Shown here: one piece after another, positions 1 through 13,640 of the stretch
Layout: each line of letters opens with the position of its first letter
Numbering within the stretch: position 1 is the stretch's first letter
NCBI GenBank assembly: GCA_964016885.1
Contig: OZ024747.1
Coordinates: 66,774,001-66,838,000, forward strand
DNA from: Eledone cirrhosa
Taxonomy: Eukaryota
DNA: 64,000 nucleotides
Direction: 5' to 3'
Position numbers and translations under genes: made by a program
Notes under the pieces: model-generated
The model's database searches: none
The model's input: only the letters and a program-made list of their open reading frames with translations
What the model was told of the DNA's origin: nothing

Positions 1-3000
1 CTCTCATTGGAATTTACACATCAACTAGGTAGATATGTATGTATGCATGCATGTGTAGATATGGATGTTATTGTATGTGTGGATGTGTATGTTTTGAGTT
101 GTATGTGTGCATGTGTATATGCTGTGTATCTGTACATGTGTATATGCAGTTTATTAGATGCAAAATTTTTGGAATGTTTTACATATTTTTACTGTTCCAT
201 TAATGGATTGTACTTGTAATTTCCTAACTAGTTGTGTTCTTTCTGTTCCTGTGAAGCCTAGCTTCTCAAGATTTGTATTGAGGCAGTTACTAACATATCC
301 CAGTGCCCCAATAATCACAGGCATAAATCTGAAGGTGTAATCAGGGTGGAGTATCTGCAGATTTCTCATCAGTTCTGCATAAATATTTTCCTTTTCACTA
401 ATCTTTGATATTATATTGGCATCTGCTGGGCAGCTAATTTCCACTACTGTGCATGTTTTCTTCTCCCTGTCCCATATCATAATATCTGGTCTGTAATGCC
501 TGCAATTTATTGGGTTTTTTACTGGAACATTCCACCAGTACTCTTTCATATTATGTACATGGATGTCTTCCACATTGTTGTAACTTTTAATGTGTTTATT
601 ATCGGGGCTATCTTTTTTACGAACTGCATTGTACAGTGTTTTGGCCACTACATCATGCCTCATAGGTAGATAGTACCGCGATGACATCTTTGGGCAGCTG
701 CTGATGACATGGGTGATATCCTCGATGTTAGTTCTGCAGAGTCTGCACTTGTTATCACATCTAGGTGTTTTGCCTGCATCCCTATCTCTTTTGCGAATCA
801 GGTATTTCGTGCTAATCTCCTGTTCTTGGATTGCAAAAGCGTATCCTTCAAAGTGGGAGCCAATATAGCGGTTGTTGGTCCAAGATAGACTACTTTCCTT
901 ATCTATATTACTCTCACTTTGGAGCTTCCTGGCAACATATCCATGCATGAATTTTTGCTGATAGGCATGCAGTTTTTCATCCATGGATTCACTGCGATAC
1001 TGCTGAGCGACATCCCTGGGTGTGAATTTTTGATTATCACACAGGGAATATCTCTCAAGGAGTTCCTTCCCAACTCTCATGATCTTATCTGTTTCATGCA
1101 GATAGACTTGCTCGAGAAACGGGCTCCTACGCTTCGAGGTTCGTAGATGTTGTCGGAGAGATATGATGCGACATTCAAATGTTGTCTGGACTGATGTTAG
1201 GCCTCTGCCTCCCTGCTTACGTTTCAAGTAAAGGCGGTCTATGTCACTGTTGATGTAGAAGTTTCCGGTGTTGTTCAGTATTTTTCGAGTTCCAACATCA
1301 ACTGCTCGGATTTCATCTATCGTCCAATTGAGTATTCCGAACGTTGGTGTTAGGACAGGCACAGCAAACACATTGTGAGCCACTGTTTTGTTTTGCGCAG
1401 AGAGTTCCGATGACCAGATCTTTCTTAATCGGGTGTAGTATTCCCTGGTTACGCGTTCTTTATTACAGATACCATTATAGGATATGTTCTCATCTATCCC
1501 CAGGTATCTGTAGTAGTCCTCATCAGATATCGGTGAAACAGTTGGACCATTGATGACAATGTTGCTAGATTGGGTTGTTGTTTTTCCCCGCTTTACAGTC
1601 ATGTATGAGCATTTATCCTGGCCAAACTCCATTCCTATATCCTTTGAGAACGTTGTAACCAGGTCAAGATTTTTCTTCATCCCATCCATGTTCTTGGCAT
1701 AGAGTTTCAGATCGTCTACAAAGAAGTTATGGGTTAGGTTCGTATTTCTGTCCTCCTGTGAGCCAATGATGTATCCCTCACATTTCTTGAGCAGAAAGGA
1801 CAAAGGGGTTTAATGACAAGATGAACAATATCACAGAGAGACTGTCCCCCTGAAATATACCCCTGCAATATTTTATTTTATCAGTGAAAATAGTGTCCTC
1901 CCTCTCTGTCTTTAACCTTAGGATAGTAGCCCAAGAAGAAGACAGCCTCTCTATGACTCTGACAATAATGTCTGGGACTTTAGTAAGTTGGAGGGCCTCT
2001 ATCATCCAAGAGTGGGGAACATAATCGAAGGTTTTCTTGTAGTCCAGCCAGACTGTAGTCATATTCCTCCTAAGTTGTCGCACCTCCGACATCGCAGTTT
2101 TGTTGATTAGGAGTTGTTCAGCACATCCCCAAACACTTTTCTTTCCAGCTGCTTGTTCATCTGTGATGATGTTATTATTTTCACAGTGATCTTGGAGGAA
2201 TAGGTTCAGGCAGGCTGTATACATCTTATACATCAGGTTCTGGCATGCAATGGGTCGGTAGTTTTTTGCCAAGTGGGTGTCTTTGTTCTTGGGGACCAGT
2301 AACGTTTGAGCTAATGTCAACCATTCTGGTATAAGTGTATCTCCCTTAAGAACTTTTGGTAGTGGTCAGTAAGATACCTCCGATAGAATATCAGTTTTTT
2401 GTACCAGTAGCCGACAATCATGTCTCTTCCTGGTGTTTTCTTATCTTGGAGTTTTCCTATCACAGTCTCAAGGGTACCCTCACTTATTTCATATGTTTTT
2501 GTTATAGTGTAGGAGCAATAGTTCTTTCGGATTTCTCTTAGCCACACTGCATCTTGGTTGAAATTCTTCTTTTCACCCCATATTTTTCTCCAAAAGGAAT
2601 CTATGTTTTTCTGGGATGGGGCCTCAGTGACACTTATTATTTTGCCCTTCATATCTCTATAGACTGATGTTTGGTTTCGTCTGAATCTTTTATTAAGCAT
2701 TTTTCTCTCATCTACCTTCTTCAGGTATCGGCGTTTTTCGCTAACAGCTCTCAATTCTTGTTTGAGGGTGATCAGCTTATATTGGAGAGTTCTGGTTCTA
2801 CTGTTACCAAACATCGTCTCTATTTTATTTGTCACTCTTTGTTGGTGAGGAGTGAGGTATTTTTGTGTTTGTTTGCATGTAAGGAGCATTACCACATGTC
2901 CTATGTTTTTTCGTAGGTCAGCACTCTTTTTTTCTATTTTAGTTATATATGATGGTATTTTTGGTGGTGTTTTGTTCTTGTTAATATCTCTGCTATCACC

Positions 3001-4047
3001 AAGATAATGCTTCACTGTCATTGCTAAGGCATATAAACAGGCGTTGATTTGCAAAAATGTTGGGGTTTTTATCCGTCGTAAATATTCATCCCCTATTTCG
3101 TCAATAACACATAGTATTTCATTATTTGGCTTTTTATTCACCATTGTCATTTTAACACGTTCAGCTAAAGAGATATTTATACATGAGTTAATTTCTCTCT
3201 GGAAGATTTCGTTGAGGGAAATTTTCAATTGTTTATACTTTTGCTTATCATTATCGATAGTATTTTCCACAACAGTCGAGGTAGACTCGGATGGTATACG
3301 TGGTGTCACATTTATTCGATTATTATTATTATTTCCTCGATTATTATTATTATCGATAGTGTTTTCCCCAGCATTCCAGGTAGACTTAGATGGTACACGT
3401 GGTGTCAAATTTCTTACAGGCATAGTTGTTTCAAGGCGCTGTTCGACCTGGCTGCTAGGAAGTCTAGTAGCATGGCGATCTGTAGCACGTGTTGTTGATT
3501 CCATGTTTGTTGTGGGGACTTACAATTAATAATATTTATCTTATTTTTACGTTCAACAAATGTCGCTAGTTGGCGTAATTGTTTCGCTGTGAAATAATTT
3601 AGCTCTGGGTGCATTTCGTCCCAGTGTAGCTTCATTCTATTCATATATGGAGGGATTGTTTTTTGCCATTTTAAAACAATTAAATAAATCATTATTAAGT
3701 TCGCAACACCAAGAGAAATGCGATTTATAATTTCGGTTTCTTCTGTAGCTACAGCTGAATAAATTTGATTACCTTCTTTGTTATTTGTCTTCGATACTTC
3801 CTTAATTTTCTTGTTGATGTTGTGTTCAGCCATGCTGTTTGAAGCAAATCCTTGTAAAATGAATTATGTATTTAGTTGGATATCTCTACGAATTCGAATA
3901 GAAGGTGTCTTCAGAAGGGATAGTTAGAAGAATAACCAGTTATTCAACCTGGCTGTAGTTGTGGCATTACTGTCGGAGATAGTATTCATCTTAAATTTAA
4001 TAAATAGTCTCCCACGCCAAAATATGCGACTGATCGCGTTGACTGAC
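1..4047 (-). mobile_element. R4/Dong-like non-LTR retrotransposon (RT + restriction-like endonuclease), near full length, frameshifted; 3' UTR runs off the window start
   Basis: Minus-strand ORFs 3414-3833, 2317-3504, 1778-2320 and 154-1803 are collinear pieces of one ORF. RT motifs: NYRPIAC, WLDYKKTFD, GIFQGDSLS, FFVDD, YLGI. CCHC motif CRLC..EDITHVISSC, then RHD, then REL motif RPDIMIWD..TVVEISCP. The 5' end abuts (CATA)n in element orientation. Confidence 0.93.
154..2320 (-). pseudogene. RT and REL endonuclease region of the R4-like element, split by a frameshift near 1780-1803
   Basis: RT motifs continue across two overlapping ORFs (...ILSLNP / SFLLKK...FFVDDLKL). Confidence 0.9.
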
Positions 4048-4056
4048 TTATGTATG

Positions 4057-4088
<32 letters not shown>

Positions 4089-4220
4089 TGTATGTATGTA
4101 TGTATGTATGTATGTATGTATGTATGTATGTATGTTTGTATGTACATATGTGTGTATGTGTGTATGTGTGTGTGTGTATGTGTGTATGTACGTATGTATG
4201 AATGTATGTATGTATGATTG

Positions 4221-4254
<34 letters not shown>

Positions 4255-4316
4255 TGTATGTATGTATGTTAGTATGTATGTGTGTATGTATGTATGTATG
4301 TATGTATGTATGTATG
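4048..4316. repeat. (TATG)n microsatellite
   Basis: Directly visible tetranucleotide array between the R4 5' end and the RTE-derived SINE. Confidence 0.97.
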
Positions 4317-4317
4317 T

Positions 4318-4877
4318 CAGGTCACCAGTTGGTGCTACTGGTAACATGTATCCCAGTACAACCTGTCTCATGGTCGGGTCGTTGGCGACTAAACTGGCAA
4401 CCCCACCAAGGTTTCTTGGTGAGGAGGGTGACTTTGGACATCCTGCAGGACTAAAAACAAAACCTGTCAAAGGGCAAAGGAGCTCTTAAGAGTTAATGGC
4501 CATCCAAATTCACCGGGAGAGATGACCCCTTAGCCTTTGTCAAGGCAGAATTCTAGGAGAAGGAAAACTCTGATATAACATCTGCAACCCTGATGGTTAA
4601 GAGAGTGGGACTGGCTTTGTGCAGTGCCTTTGCTCACTATAAAAGCTTCACGGCACAGGCATTGCTTTGTATCTGGAGATCTCTCTGCACTTGTCATCAC
4701 ATGGTACCATGGGCCCAGCATTATGTGTCAATAATTGTCACAAGTGTAGTGTTTGTACCAGAGTTTTCAAGTCGCTGGCTGCCTAAAAAGTCGCACTTGT
4801 TCAGCGCATCGGTTAGGGTTCTCCTACATGGATATACAGTAGTGGCCGTACTCGAAAACGAGTTGGCAGCCACCATG
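4318..4877 (+). mobile_element. Non-autonomous RTE-derived SINE-like element, copy 1 (small internal deletion)
   Basis: ~560-600 bp unit repeated at 5291, 6101 and 34992. The 3' end matches the RTE LINE tail at 20965 in 29 of 34 nt. It contains GGAGAAGGAAAACTCTGA, reminiscent of RTE 5' UTRs, and ends in (TATG)n. Confidence 0.75.
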
Positions 4878-5290
4878 TATGTATGTATGTATGTGTATGT
4901 GTGTATATATATATGTATGTATGGATGTATGTATATATGTATGTATGTATATATATATATATGTATGTATATATATTTATATATATATATATATGTATGT
5001 ATGTGTATATGTATGTATTGTATATATATATATGTATGTATATATATATATGTATGTATGTATATATATATATGTATGTATATGTATGTATGTATATATA
5101 TGTTTTCTCTTTCTCTTAATTTCGAGTATATTTTTTTGACCGGCCACCTTCCTGGTGGCAAGGTTGTAAAAGAAAAGAAATTGTCATCCCTTGAATATGT
5201 ATGTATATATGTATGTATGTATATATATATGTATGTATATATATATATGTATGTATATATATATGTATGTATATATATATATGTATGTAT

Positions 5291-5890
5291 AGTTGGTGCT
5301 ACTGGTAACATGTATCCCAGTACAACCTGTCTCATGGTCGGGTCGTTGGCGACTAAACTGGCAAACCCACCAAGGTTTCTTGGTGAGGAGGGTGACTTTG
5401 GACATCCTGCAGGACTAAAAATAAAACCTGTCAAAGGGCAAAGGAGCTCTTGAGAGTCAATGGCCATCCAAAATCACCGTGAGAGATGACCCCTTAGCCT
5501 TTGTCAAGGCAGAATTCTAGGAGAAGGAAAACTCTGATATAACACCTGCAACCCTGATGGTATCCAATGATGTTGACTTGTTCTTCTTTTTGGTAAATAT
5601 CATCTTGGTTAAGACAGTGGGACTGGCTTTGTGCAGTGCCTTTGCTCACTATAAAAGCTTCACGGCACAGGCATTGCTTTATATCTGGAGATCTCTCTGC
5701 ACTTGTCGTCACGTGGTGCAATGGGCCCAGCACTATGTGTCAATGGTTGTCACAGGTGTAGTGTTTGTACCAGAGTTTTCAAGTCGCTGGCTGGACTAAA
5801 AATTCACACTCGTTCAGCGCATCGGTAGGGGTTCTCCTACATGGATATAAAGTAGTGGCTGTACTCGAAAACGAGTTGGCAGCCACCATG
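5291..5890 (+). mobile_element. RTE-derived SINE-like element, copy 2
   Basis: Near-identical to copy 1, with an extra ~45 bp internal segment; ends GGCAGCCACCATG-(TATG). Confidence 0.8.
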
Positions 5891-6100
5891 TATGTAAGTA
5901 TGTATGTATGATTGTATTATATATGTATGTATGTGTGATTGCATGTGTGTATGCATGTAAGTATGTAAGTATGTAAGTATGTAAGTATTTATGTGTGATT
6001 GTATGTGTGTATGTATGTATGTATATATGTATGATTGTATATAAGTATGTATGTATGTATGTATGTATGTATGTATGTATGTATGTATGTATGTATATAT

Positions 6101-6411
6101 GTTCTTCTTTTTGGTAAATATCATCTTGGTTAAGAGAGTGGGACTGGCTTTGTGCAGTGCCTTTACTCACTATAAAAGCTTCACGGCACAGGCATTGCTT
6201 TATATCTGGAGATCTCTCTGCACTTGTCGTCACATGGTACCATGGGCCCAGCACTATGTGTCAATAATTGTCACAAGTGTAGTGTTTGTACCAGAGTTTT
6301 CAAGTCTCTGGCTGGACTAAAAAGTCACACTCGTTCAGCGCATCGGTAGGGGTTCTCCTACATGGATATAAAGTGTTGGCCGTACTCGAAAACGAGTTGG
6401 CAGCCACCATG
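6101..6411 (+). mobile_element. RTE-derived SINE-like element, 5'-truncated copy 3
   Basis: 3' half of the same unit with the same 3' end, flanked by TATG repeats. Confidence 0.8.
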
Positions 6412-6526
6412 TATATATGTATGTATGTATGATTGTATGCATGTATGTATGTCTGTATGTGTGTATGGATGTATGATTGTATGTATGTGTGTATGTATGT
6501 GTGTATGTATGATTGTATGTATGTAT

Positions 6527-6915
<389 letters not shown>

Positions 6916-7099
6916 GTATATATATATATATTATATATATATTAGGATGTTCAAAATACAAGACAGTTTCTGTTCTGTTTTTATTTATTTCAAAATTCTT
7001 TTCAGAATAAAAATTCACGCATGGTGTCTAAAAGTCATATATCATTAATGTATATTACGCTTTGTTCAATGTTCCGATCCTTGAAATTGTCAAATTAGA

Positions 7100-7840
7100 A
7101 TATTCGCCAAATGTATTTCTATTAGCTTAAACTGTGCCGCAATGCAACAAAAACGATGAGAAACATAATTGAAGCTTTGGGTCAAATGAGGTGTTAATGA
7201 ATGTAAAGTGCAATTTTGGTTTAAAAAATTCCGTATTTGTGAAAGATTTGGTGACCTTGAAATATGTCTTGAAAGCGAATTCTCGCACAGCATTTCCAGA
7301 TCTTGCTGAAGAGAAGAGATAGATGTTATCATTGAAATAATTTCTGAACATTGAAACGAATAGGAACTTCAAAGGAGCATGAAAAATGTGTCACATGAAT
7401 TGAACACCAGAAAGGAACACCAGAAAAAAATCAGTTATGAAGTCTCCTTTTCGCTTCTTTTGAGCACAAAAAAACGTCACAATTCTTTATTGCATTTGCA
7501 CGTACAATAAAAAGAGGATCTTATACAACAACCGAAGATGTTCCCATAGTTGTCGGGCCAATATAAAGCTTCTAAACACTTTCCAACACAGAAATTGCAC
7601 CAAAAGAAATTATGGGGACTGTTTGGTTGTATTAAACCTCTACAGCTTTCTGAATTATGGGGAAACAATCCCAGCAAAGAAGTATTATCATAAAATCGAT
7701 GAAATGCACAAAATATTGCAGTATGTGTCCAGCATTTGTCAACAAAAAAGTCTAATCATTATGAACGGCAACTCTCTAATAAATATAGACTCTCCAGAAG
7801 TCGAATGAATTGAACTACGAATCTCTGCCTCGTTCTGACA
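7100..7840 (+). mobile_element. Decayed mariner (Tc1/mariner) transposase remnant
   Basis: Broken frames give KLHQKK.MGTVW, YSFLNYGETIPAKKYYHKIDEMHKILQ and NELNYESLP, matching mariner DD34D transposase segments; many stops and indels. Confidence 0.7.
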
Positions 7841-7850
7841 ATGTGTTCAT

Positions 7851-8204
<354 letters not shown>

Positions 8205-8311
8205 ATACATACACATACATATATTCATATATTCATCAAAATGAATACACACATATATATATACCTATATATACACACACACGCGCGCGCGCGCGCATAT
8301 ATATATATATA

Positions 8312-8736
8312 TATAATGAAAAATTGAACAGGGACAGAACAGAGAGGCAGTACGATAAATGTTTATTAAATTCACGCTCAGGAGAGTGGGGGGTAGGTGG
8401 GGGACGACGTTTCGGGCATAAGCCCTTCTTCAGGTGAGAGTACAAAAGGTGTGTAGGGGAGTGGTGGAGAGACATATAGCGAAAGGAAACGGTGCGAATG
8501 AAAAATTAACAAATAAAGACAAAAATATAATAAATAATAAATAAAAATAAAGCATGATCAAAATACAAGGAATGAGAAAATTTAAAAGTAAAGGCATGAT
8601 CAAAATAAACTGAAATAAAAGAGGGGTAAACATGTGGTGGAAGGGTGTGGGGTGAGTAGAGGTGGTGGCGGGTGGAGTGGGGAGAGGGAGACGGGGTGTC
8701 CGAGCGGGGAGGGCTGAAGCTAGTGTGTGTGGTTAG

Positions 8737-8775
<39 letters not shown>

Positions 8776-9428
8776 AAAGTGAGGGTTGGGGGAAGAACGG
8801 GGTTGCATGTTCAGGAAGGTGTGTGTGGGGGGTGTTTTTGTGGGTCGGAGGGTCTGTGCGTGTGGATAGGGGGGTGGGGGGAGAGGAATCAGGGGGCTGA
8901 GGGTGTAAATAAGTGGTGGGAAGCACATGTGTGTGGTTTAAGCGTGTTATGGGTGTGGGTGGCGTGTGGATAAAAAAAAAAAAAATTGTTTTGGGGTGTG
9001 TGTGTGGGTGAGTTATGTAGGTGATGGTGTAAGAGGATGGTTGAAAAGTGGTAAGTTACACGGATGTATGGAGATTTTGGTTGGAAGTCAAAACGCGTGT
9101 GGGTAATCCAAGAAGCGGTGGTCGGAAGAGGAGAGATGTGGGGTGCGCGCGCAACAGGAAGTGGTCAGCAGTGGAAGTGCTCTGGTCAGTTGGTGCTGAG
9201 ACAGTGGTCGGAAGGGCATAGCAGCAGTCGGCGGAATGGTAGGGAGGCGAGGATGGGTAGGTGTGAGAGTTGGAGTGAGGAGGGTGTGTGTGTGTGTGTG
9301 TGTGTATTAGTAGGGGTGTTAGTGGCATGAGTGAGTGTGGATTGGGGAGAGAAGGGTGTGTGTGGTTCTATGGAGGGAGTGTGGTGTACTGGTGTGTGTG
9401 TAGTTTGGTGAAAGGTGTTAGTGGGTGT
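8312..9428 (-). mobile_element. Penelope-like (Neptune-type) element, 3' UTR/pLTR-only copy
   Basis: Highly similar to 10207-11350; carries a minimal HHR at 8403-8433; its 3' end runs into (TA)n. Confidence 0.8.
8403..8433 (-). ncRNA. Minimal hammerhead ribozyme
   Basis: Minus strand CTGAAGA-AGGGC-TTAT-GCCC-GAAAC-GTC; stem I is weak. Confidence 0.65.
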
Positions 9429-9826
9429 TATATTGTTATACTTTGGGAGGGTCATGTTGCCAATAAGAAACACACGCACCAGATGCTTTCACTTCAATTT
9501 ATTATAATAAATTTATAAAGTTAGGAATTTATAAATTTCCGTGCCTCTCCTTTGTTCTGTCCTACGCCATCTTGAAACAAGATGGCGTAGGACAGAACAA
9601 AGGAGAGGCACAAAAACAAAGAAAAGTATCCCCATTCACTGAAGAGGTCACCGAATGTGTGACGAAAGAACTTAAACAATATATAAACAACCATCTGATT
9701 GTGGAACCAACCAACCGGAAATTTATAAATTCCTAAATTTATAAATTTATTATGATAAATTGAAGTGAAAGCAACTGGTGCGTGTGTTTCTTATTGGCAG
9801 CATGACCCTCCAAAAGTATAACAATA
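9429..9826. mobile_element. Fold-back (inverted) pLTR-like element, same family as 6527-6790
   Basis: Arms mirror around CCATCTTG-AAA-CAAGATGG (~9566-9586); the left arm is internally deleted. The right arm has CTGAAGA-GGTCAC..GTGAC-GAAA at ~9639-9667. Confidence 0.75.
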
Positions 9827-9908
9827 TCGGTTTCAACACACGTTTTCAGATAAAGAATCTTGCTAAACAAATTCAGAAACGATATATATATATATATATA
9901 TATATAAA

Positions 9909-10052
9909 AAGAAATTCAATGATGGTTAAAAATGTTCCATGTATTTTATTATGCGCATTTCAAAAACAAATATCATCCTGGGACGATATTTGTTTTTGAA
10001 ATGCGCATAATAAAATACATGGAACTTTTTTAACCATCTTTTAATTTCTTCT
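9909..10052. repeat. Palindrome built from an HHR 3' half
   Basis: Arms mirror around ~9980; each arm carries GAAA-TGCGCA-TA (palindromic stem III plus cleavage triplet). Confidence 0.75.
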
Positions 10053-10139
10053 TATATATACTCCAGTCCAATAAACTGTTGAGTGCTACTTATCCGATAT
10101 TTGCATTGCTTTATTCTTCTACAATAAAACTCACCACCT

Positions 10140-10206
<67 letters not shown>

Positions 10207-10210
<4 letters not shown>

Positions 10211-12790
10211 GAAAAATTTGAACAGGGACAGAACAGAGAGGCAGTACAATAAATGTTTATTAAATTCACGCTCAGGAGAGTGGGGGATAGGTGGGGGGAC
10301 GACGTTTCGGGCATAAGCCCTTCCTCAGGTGAGAAGTGTGTGGGAACAGAGTTCAAAAGGTGTGTAAGGGAGTGGTGGAGAGACATATAGCGAAAGGAAA
10401 CGGTGCGAATGAAAAATTAACAAATAAAGACAAAAAATATAAAAAATAATAAATAAAGCATGATCAAAATACAAGGAATGAGAAAATTTAAAAATAAAGG
10501 CATGATCAAAATAAACTGAAATTAAAAGGGGGGGGGGTAAACAGGTGGTGGAAGGGTGTGGGGTGAGTAGTGGTGGTGGCGGGTGGAGTGGGGAGAGGGA
10601 GACGGGGTGTCCGAGCGGGGAGGGTTGAAGGTGGTGTGTGTGTGTGTAGGTGTGCGTGTGTGTGTGTGTGTGTGTGTGTATGTGAAAGTGAGGGTTGGGG
10701 GAAGAACGGGGTTGCATGTTCAGGAAGAGGTGTGTGTGGGGGGTGTTTTTGTGGGTCGGAGTGTCTGTGCGTGTGTGGATAGGGGGTGGGGGGAGAGGAA
10801 TCAGGAGGCTGAGGGTGTAAATATGTGGTGGGAAGCACGTGTGTGTGGGGTTTAAGCGTGTTGTGGGTGTGGGTGGCGTATGGAGAAAAAAAAATGTTTG
10901 GGGGTGTGTGTGTGGGTGAGTTATATAGGTGATGATGTAAGAGGATGGTTGAAAAGTTGGTAAGTTCCAAGGATGTTTGGAGATTTGGTTATAAGTCAAT
11001 TTCTGCGTGTGGGTAATCCATGAAGCGGTGGTCGGAAGAGGAGGGATGTGGGGTGCGCGCGCAACAAGAAGTGGTCAGCAGTGGGAGTGCTGTGGTCAGT
11101 TGGTGCTGGGAGGTGGTCGGAAGGGCATAGCAGCAGTCGGTGGAATGGTAGGGAGGCGAGGATGGGTAGGTGTGAGAGTTGGAGTGAGGAGGGTGTCTGT
11201 GTGTGTGTGTATTAGTAGGGGTGTTAGTGGGATGAGTGAGTGTGGAGCGGGGGTGTGGGTGAAGCGGGGAGAGAAGGGTGTGTGTGGTTCTATGGAGGGA
11301 GTGTGGTGTACTGGTGTGTGTGTAGTTTGGTGAAGAGGTGTTAGTGGGTGTTAGTATACGGGAGGTGGGGAGGGGTGGAATGCAGGTGTGAGTGGGGGTT
11401 AATGGTGGTAGGGTGTGTAGAGTTGGTGGTGTACGAGGGTGTGTGGGTACGTGTGCGTGGGGTTGGGGGGTGTTAGTGATGTTAGTTGCGTGTGGGGTGG
11501 GTGGTGTAAGTGGGTGCGTGTGTGCGTGTGATAAGGAGGGGGGAGGAGGAGAAGAGGGGAGGGAAGGGATGTTAGTATGTTAGTTGGGGAAGGGTGGTCA
11601 GATGAGGGGTGGAGTGGAGGTGTTAGTATTGTTAGTGTGGGATGGGCGGTGAAAAGGAGGGGTGTGTTAGTGGTGTTAGTGGGGGATAAGTGTGGGGGGA
11701 GGTGGGCGGTCGAACGCTAAAGGAATAAGGGTGGGGAGTTCAGGCCGGGGGGGGGAGTGTGGGTCTGTAAGATGAAGATAGTTCGTTGTTCGACCGTAAG
11801 GCGATGGGCGGGTGTTCCGTGGCACTGGAGTAGGCCACAGACTGTGAGATGGCGTGCGGAGTGTCCAGGGCCACCAAAAGTGGCGGGCGATGGGGGAACT
11901 GCCCCCGAGACGAATATCCCGGAGGTGCTCCGTGACTCGGTCCGCCAGGCGACGTCCCGTCTGTCCGAAGTCCTTAGACTAGGTTGGAGGAGGTGCAGCG
12001 GAAGGCATGCCGGACCGAGAGAGAGTGGCCGTTGGGACCCTGGAAGGTGGTGGTGTTGGTGATGTGGGGACAGGTGTTGCAGCGGGGCCTAGAACAGGGA
12101 AGGAACCGGGGGGGGGGGAAACAGAGCGTGGTTGGGGGGTAGGGAGCTGTGGACGAGGAGGGTGCGGAGATTGCGTGCGCGTTTGAAGGAGGGGAGTGGT
12201 GGGGTTGGGAAGATGTGGGAGGTGGAGGGGTCGGACTGGAGGCGTCGGAGAGGCGGCGGATGGTGCGGTGGAAGGGTAAGGTGGAGGGGTGGTAGGTGAT
12301 GGGGAAGGGGATACGGTGGTGAGTGTGCGGTGGCGTGGGGTGAGGGTGGTGGAGCGGGGATAGCACGGGCGTGGTGAGAGCGGTGTAGACAAGAGGAGGG
12401 GGACCTCTGCGGATGAAATGGCTGACTAGGGAAAGGGCCTGGGACTCGAAGTCAGCATCACGGCTACAGAGGCGGCGGATCCTGAGAAGTTGGAGTAGGG
12501 AATGGAGAGTTTAATGTGGGTGGGGTGGGAAGAGGTGAATTCGAGGTAAGAGTGGGAGTCGGTGGGTTTGAAGAAGGCGGAGGTGACGATGGAGTGGTGG
12601 GAGGGGTCGAAGGCGACGGAGATTTCTAAGAAGTGGACGTGGGTGGTGGAGATAGAGGTGGTGAAGTGGAGGGAGGGGTGGAAGGAGCAGAAGAAGGAGA
12701 GAAAGGAGTCGAGCTGTTCTCGGGTGAGGGTCGTGGCTCCGATACAGTCGTCAATGTAACGACCGTACAGTTCGGGCGTGGGGCCGGTGT
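10207..12790 (-). mobile_element. 5'-truncated Penelope-like element (Neptune-type RT + GIY-YIG) with a long CA-rich 3' UTR
   Basis: Manual minus-strand translation gives LYGRYIDDCIG..FHPSLHFT..FFKPTDSHSYLEFTSSHPTHIKLSIPYS..LLRIRRLCS (RT/thumb), CSRPRCNTCPHI..FRCTSSNLV and GQTGRRLADRVTEHLRDI (GIY-YIG), with frameshifts. HHR at 10298-10328; TA repeats on both sides. Confidence 0.9.
10298..10328 (-). ncRNA. Minimal hammerhead ribozyme
   Basis: Minus strand CTGAGGA-AGGGC-TTAT-GCCC-GAAAC-GTC. Confidence 0.65.
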
Positions 12791-12801
12791 ATATATATAT
12801 A

Positions 12802-13110
12802 TAAAGAAAAAGAGATGAAATCGAAAATGCAACTGGAGTCTTATTTTTTTTTTTAAATATATATATTTATTTGGTTCCTTTACCGGTTTCGCAGTTCTTC
12901 TGCTTTTCAAAAGGTGAGTTGAGATGGAGGGTCTGTGGTTTTTCTCACATCAGAAGAACTGCGAAACCGGTAAAGGAACCAAATAAATATATATATTTTA
13001 AAAAAAATAAGACTCCAGTTGCATTTTCGATTTCATCTCTTTTTCTTTATAGTTTCACTCGTGTAGGACACCTCGGTTATTTTTCAATTTGTAAAAAAAC
13101 CTCACTTTCT
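12802..13110. mobile_element. Fold-back pLTR-like element (same family as 13760-14757)
   Basis: 12802-12903 is inverted at 12952-13048; TA repeats on both flanks; HHR in the left arm. Confidence 0.8.
12877..12914 (-). ncRNA. Minimal hammerhead ribozyme, U3:A8 variant
   Basis: Minus strand CCTT-TTGAAAA-GCAG-AAGAA-CTGC-GAAA-CCGG-TA|AAGG: stem I CCTT/AAGG, stem II GCAG/CTGC, palindromic stem III ACCGGT. Confidence 0.75.
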
Positions 13111-13133
13111 AATATATATATATATATATATAT

Positions 13134-13179
<46 letters not shown>

Positions 13180-13640
13180 AATATGTGTGGGAATTCAAGG
13201 ATAAAAACATCCCGTACGCTATCGATTGGTCTATTTTAGACCATTCGAGGGAGTACCAAAGGGGCACAAAGAATTGTTCTTTGTGTACCACGGAAAAATA
13301 TAGGATTTTACAAAACTTGAAAGCCACTTCTGCTTGCCTGAACTCAAGACCGAGATCTTCAGATGTTGTCCTCACCTGAAATCGCATCTGATCTGTAACT
13401 GGATTGACATTCCTACGATAACTCAACCACCTTGAACTCCTTTCCTGCTCTTTACTTCCACTACGTTTTTATTACATGCTGAATCCACGTTCTGTACTCT
13501 TGTATTCTCTTTCTCCCTTATCTCCCCTTATATTTAAACCTTTTCCTATGTCATTTATTTTCCTTATTTTCCCCCCTACTTTCTGCCTTACCCTTCACAT
13601 ACCCAATTTTTTTATTTTTAGATATTTATTTTTGTGTGCG
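13180..13640 (+). mobile_element. PLE 3' fragment (GIY-YIG C-terminus), same family as 23727-27022
   Basis: VWEFKDKNIPYAIDWSILDHSREYQRGTKNCSLCTTEKYRIL is nearly identical to the end of ORF 23872-25065. Confidence 0.9.

Noticed and set aside
4340-4400. Possible HDV-like ribozyme at the 5' end of the RTE-derived element (CCAGT/ACTGG, GTCG/CGAC hairpin, CTAA)
   Set aside because: P1 and L3 could not be built with canonical lengths, and a competing TACTGG/CCAGTA hairpin exists; it would need an RNArobo or Infernal search.
4318-6411. Repeat-spacer appearance resembling a CRISPR array
   Set aside because: Eukaryotic context, units of hundreds of bp, microsatellite spacers and no cas genes.
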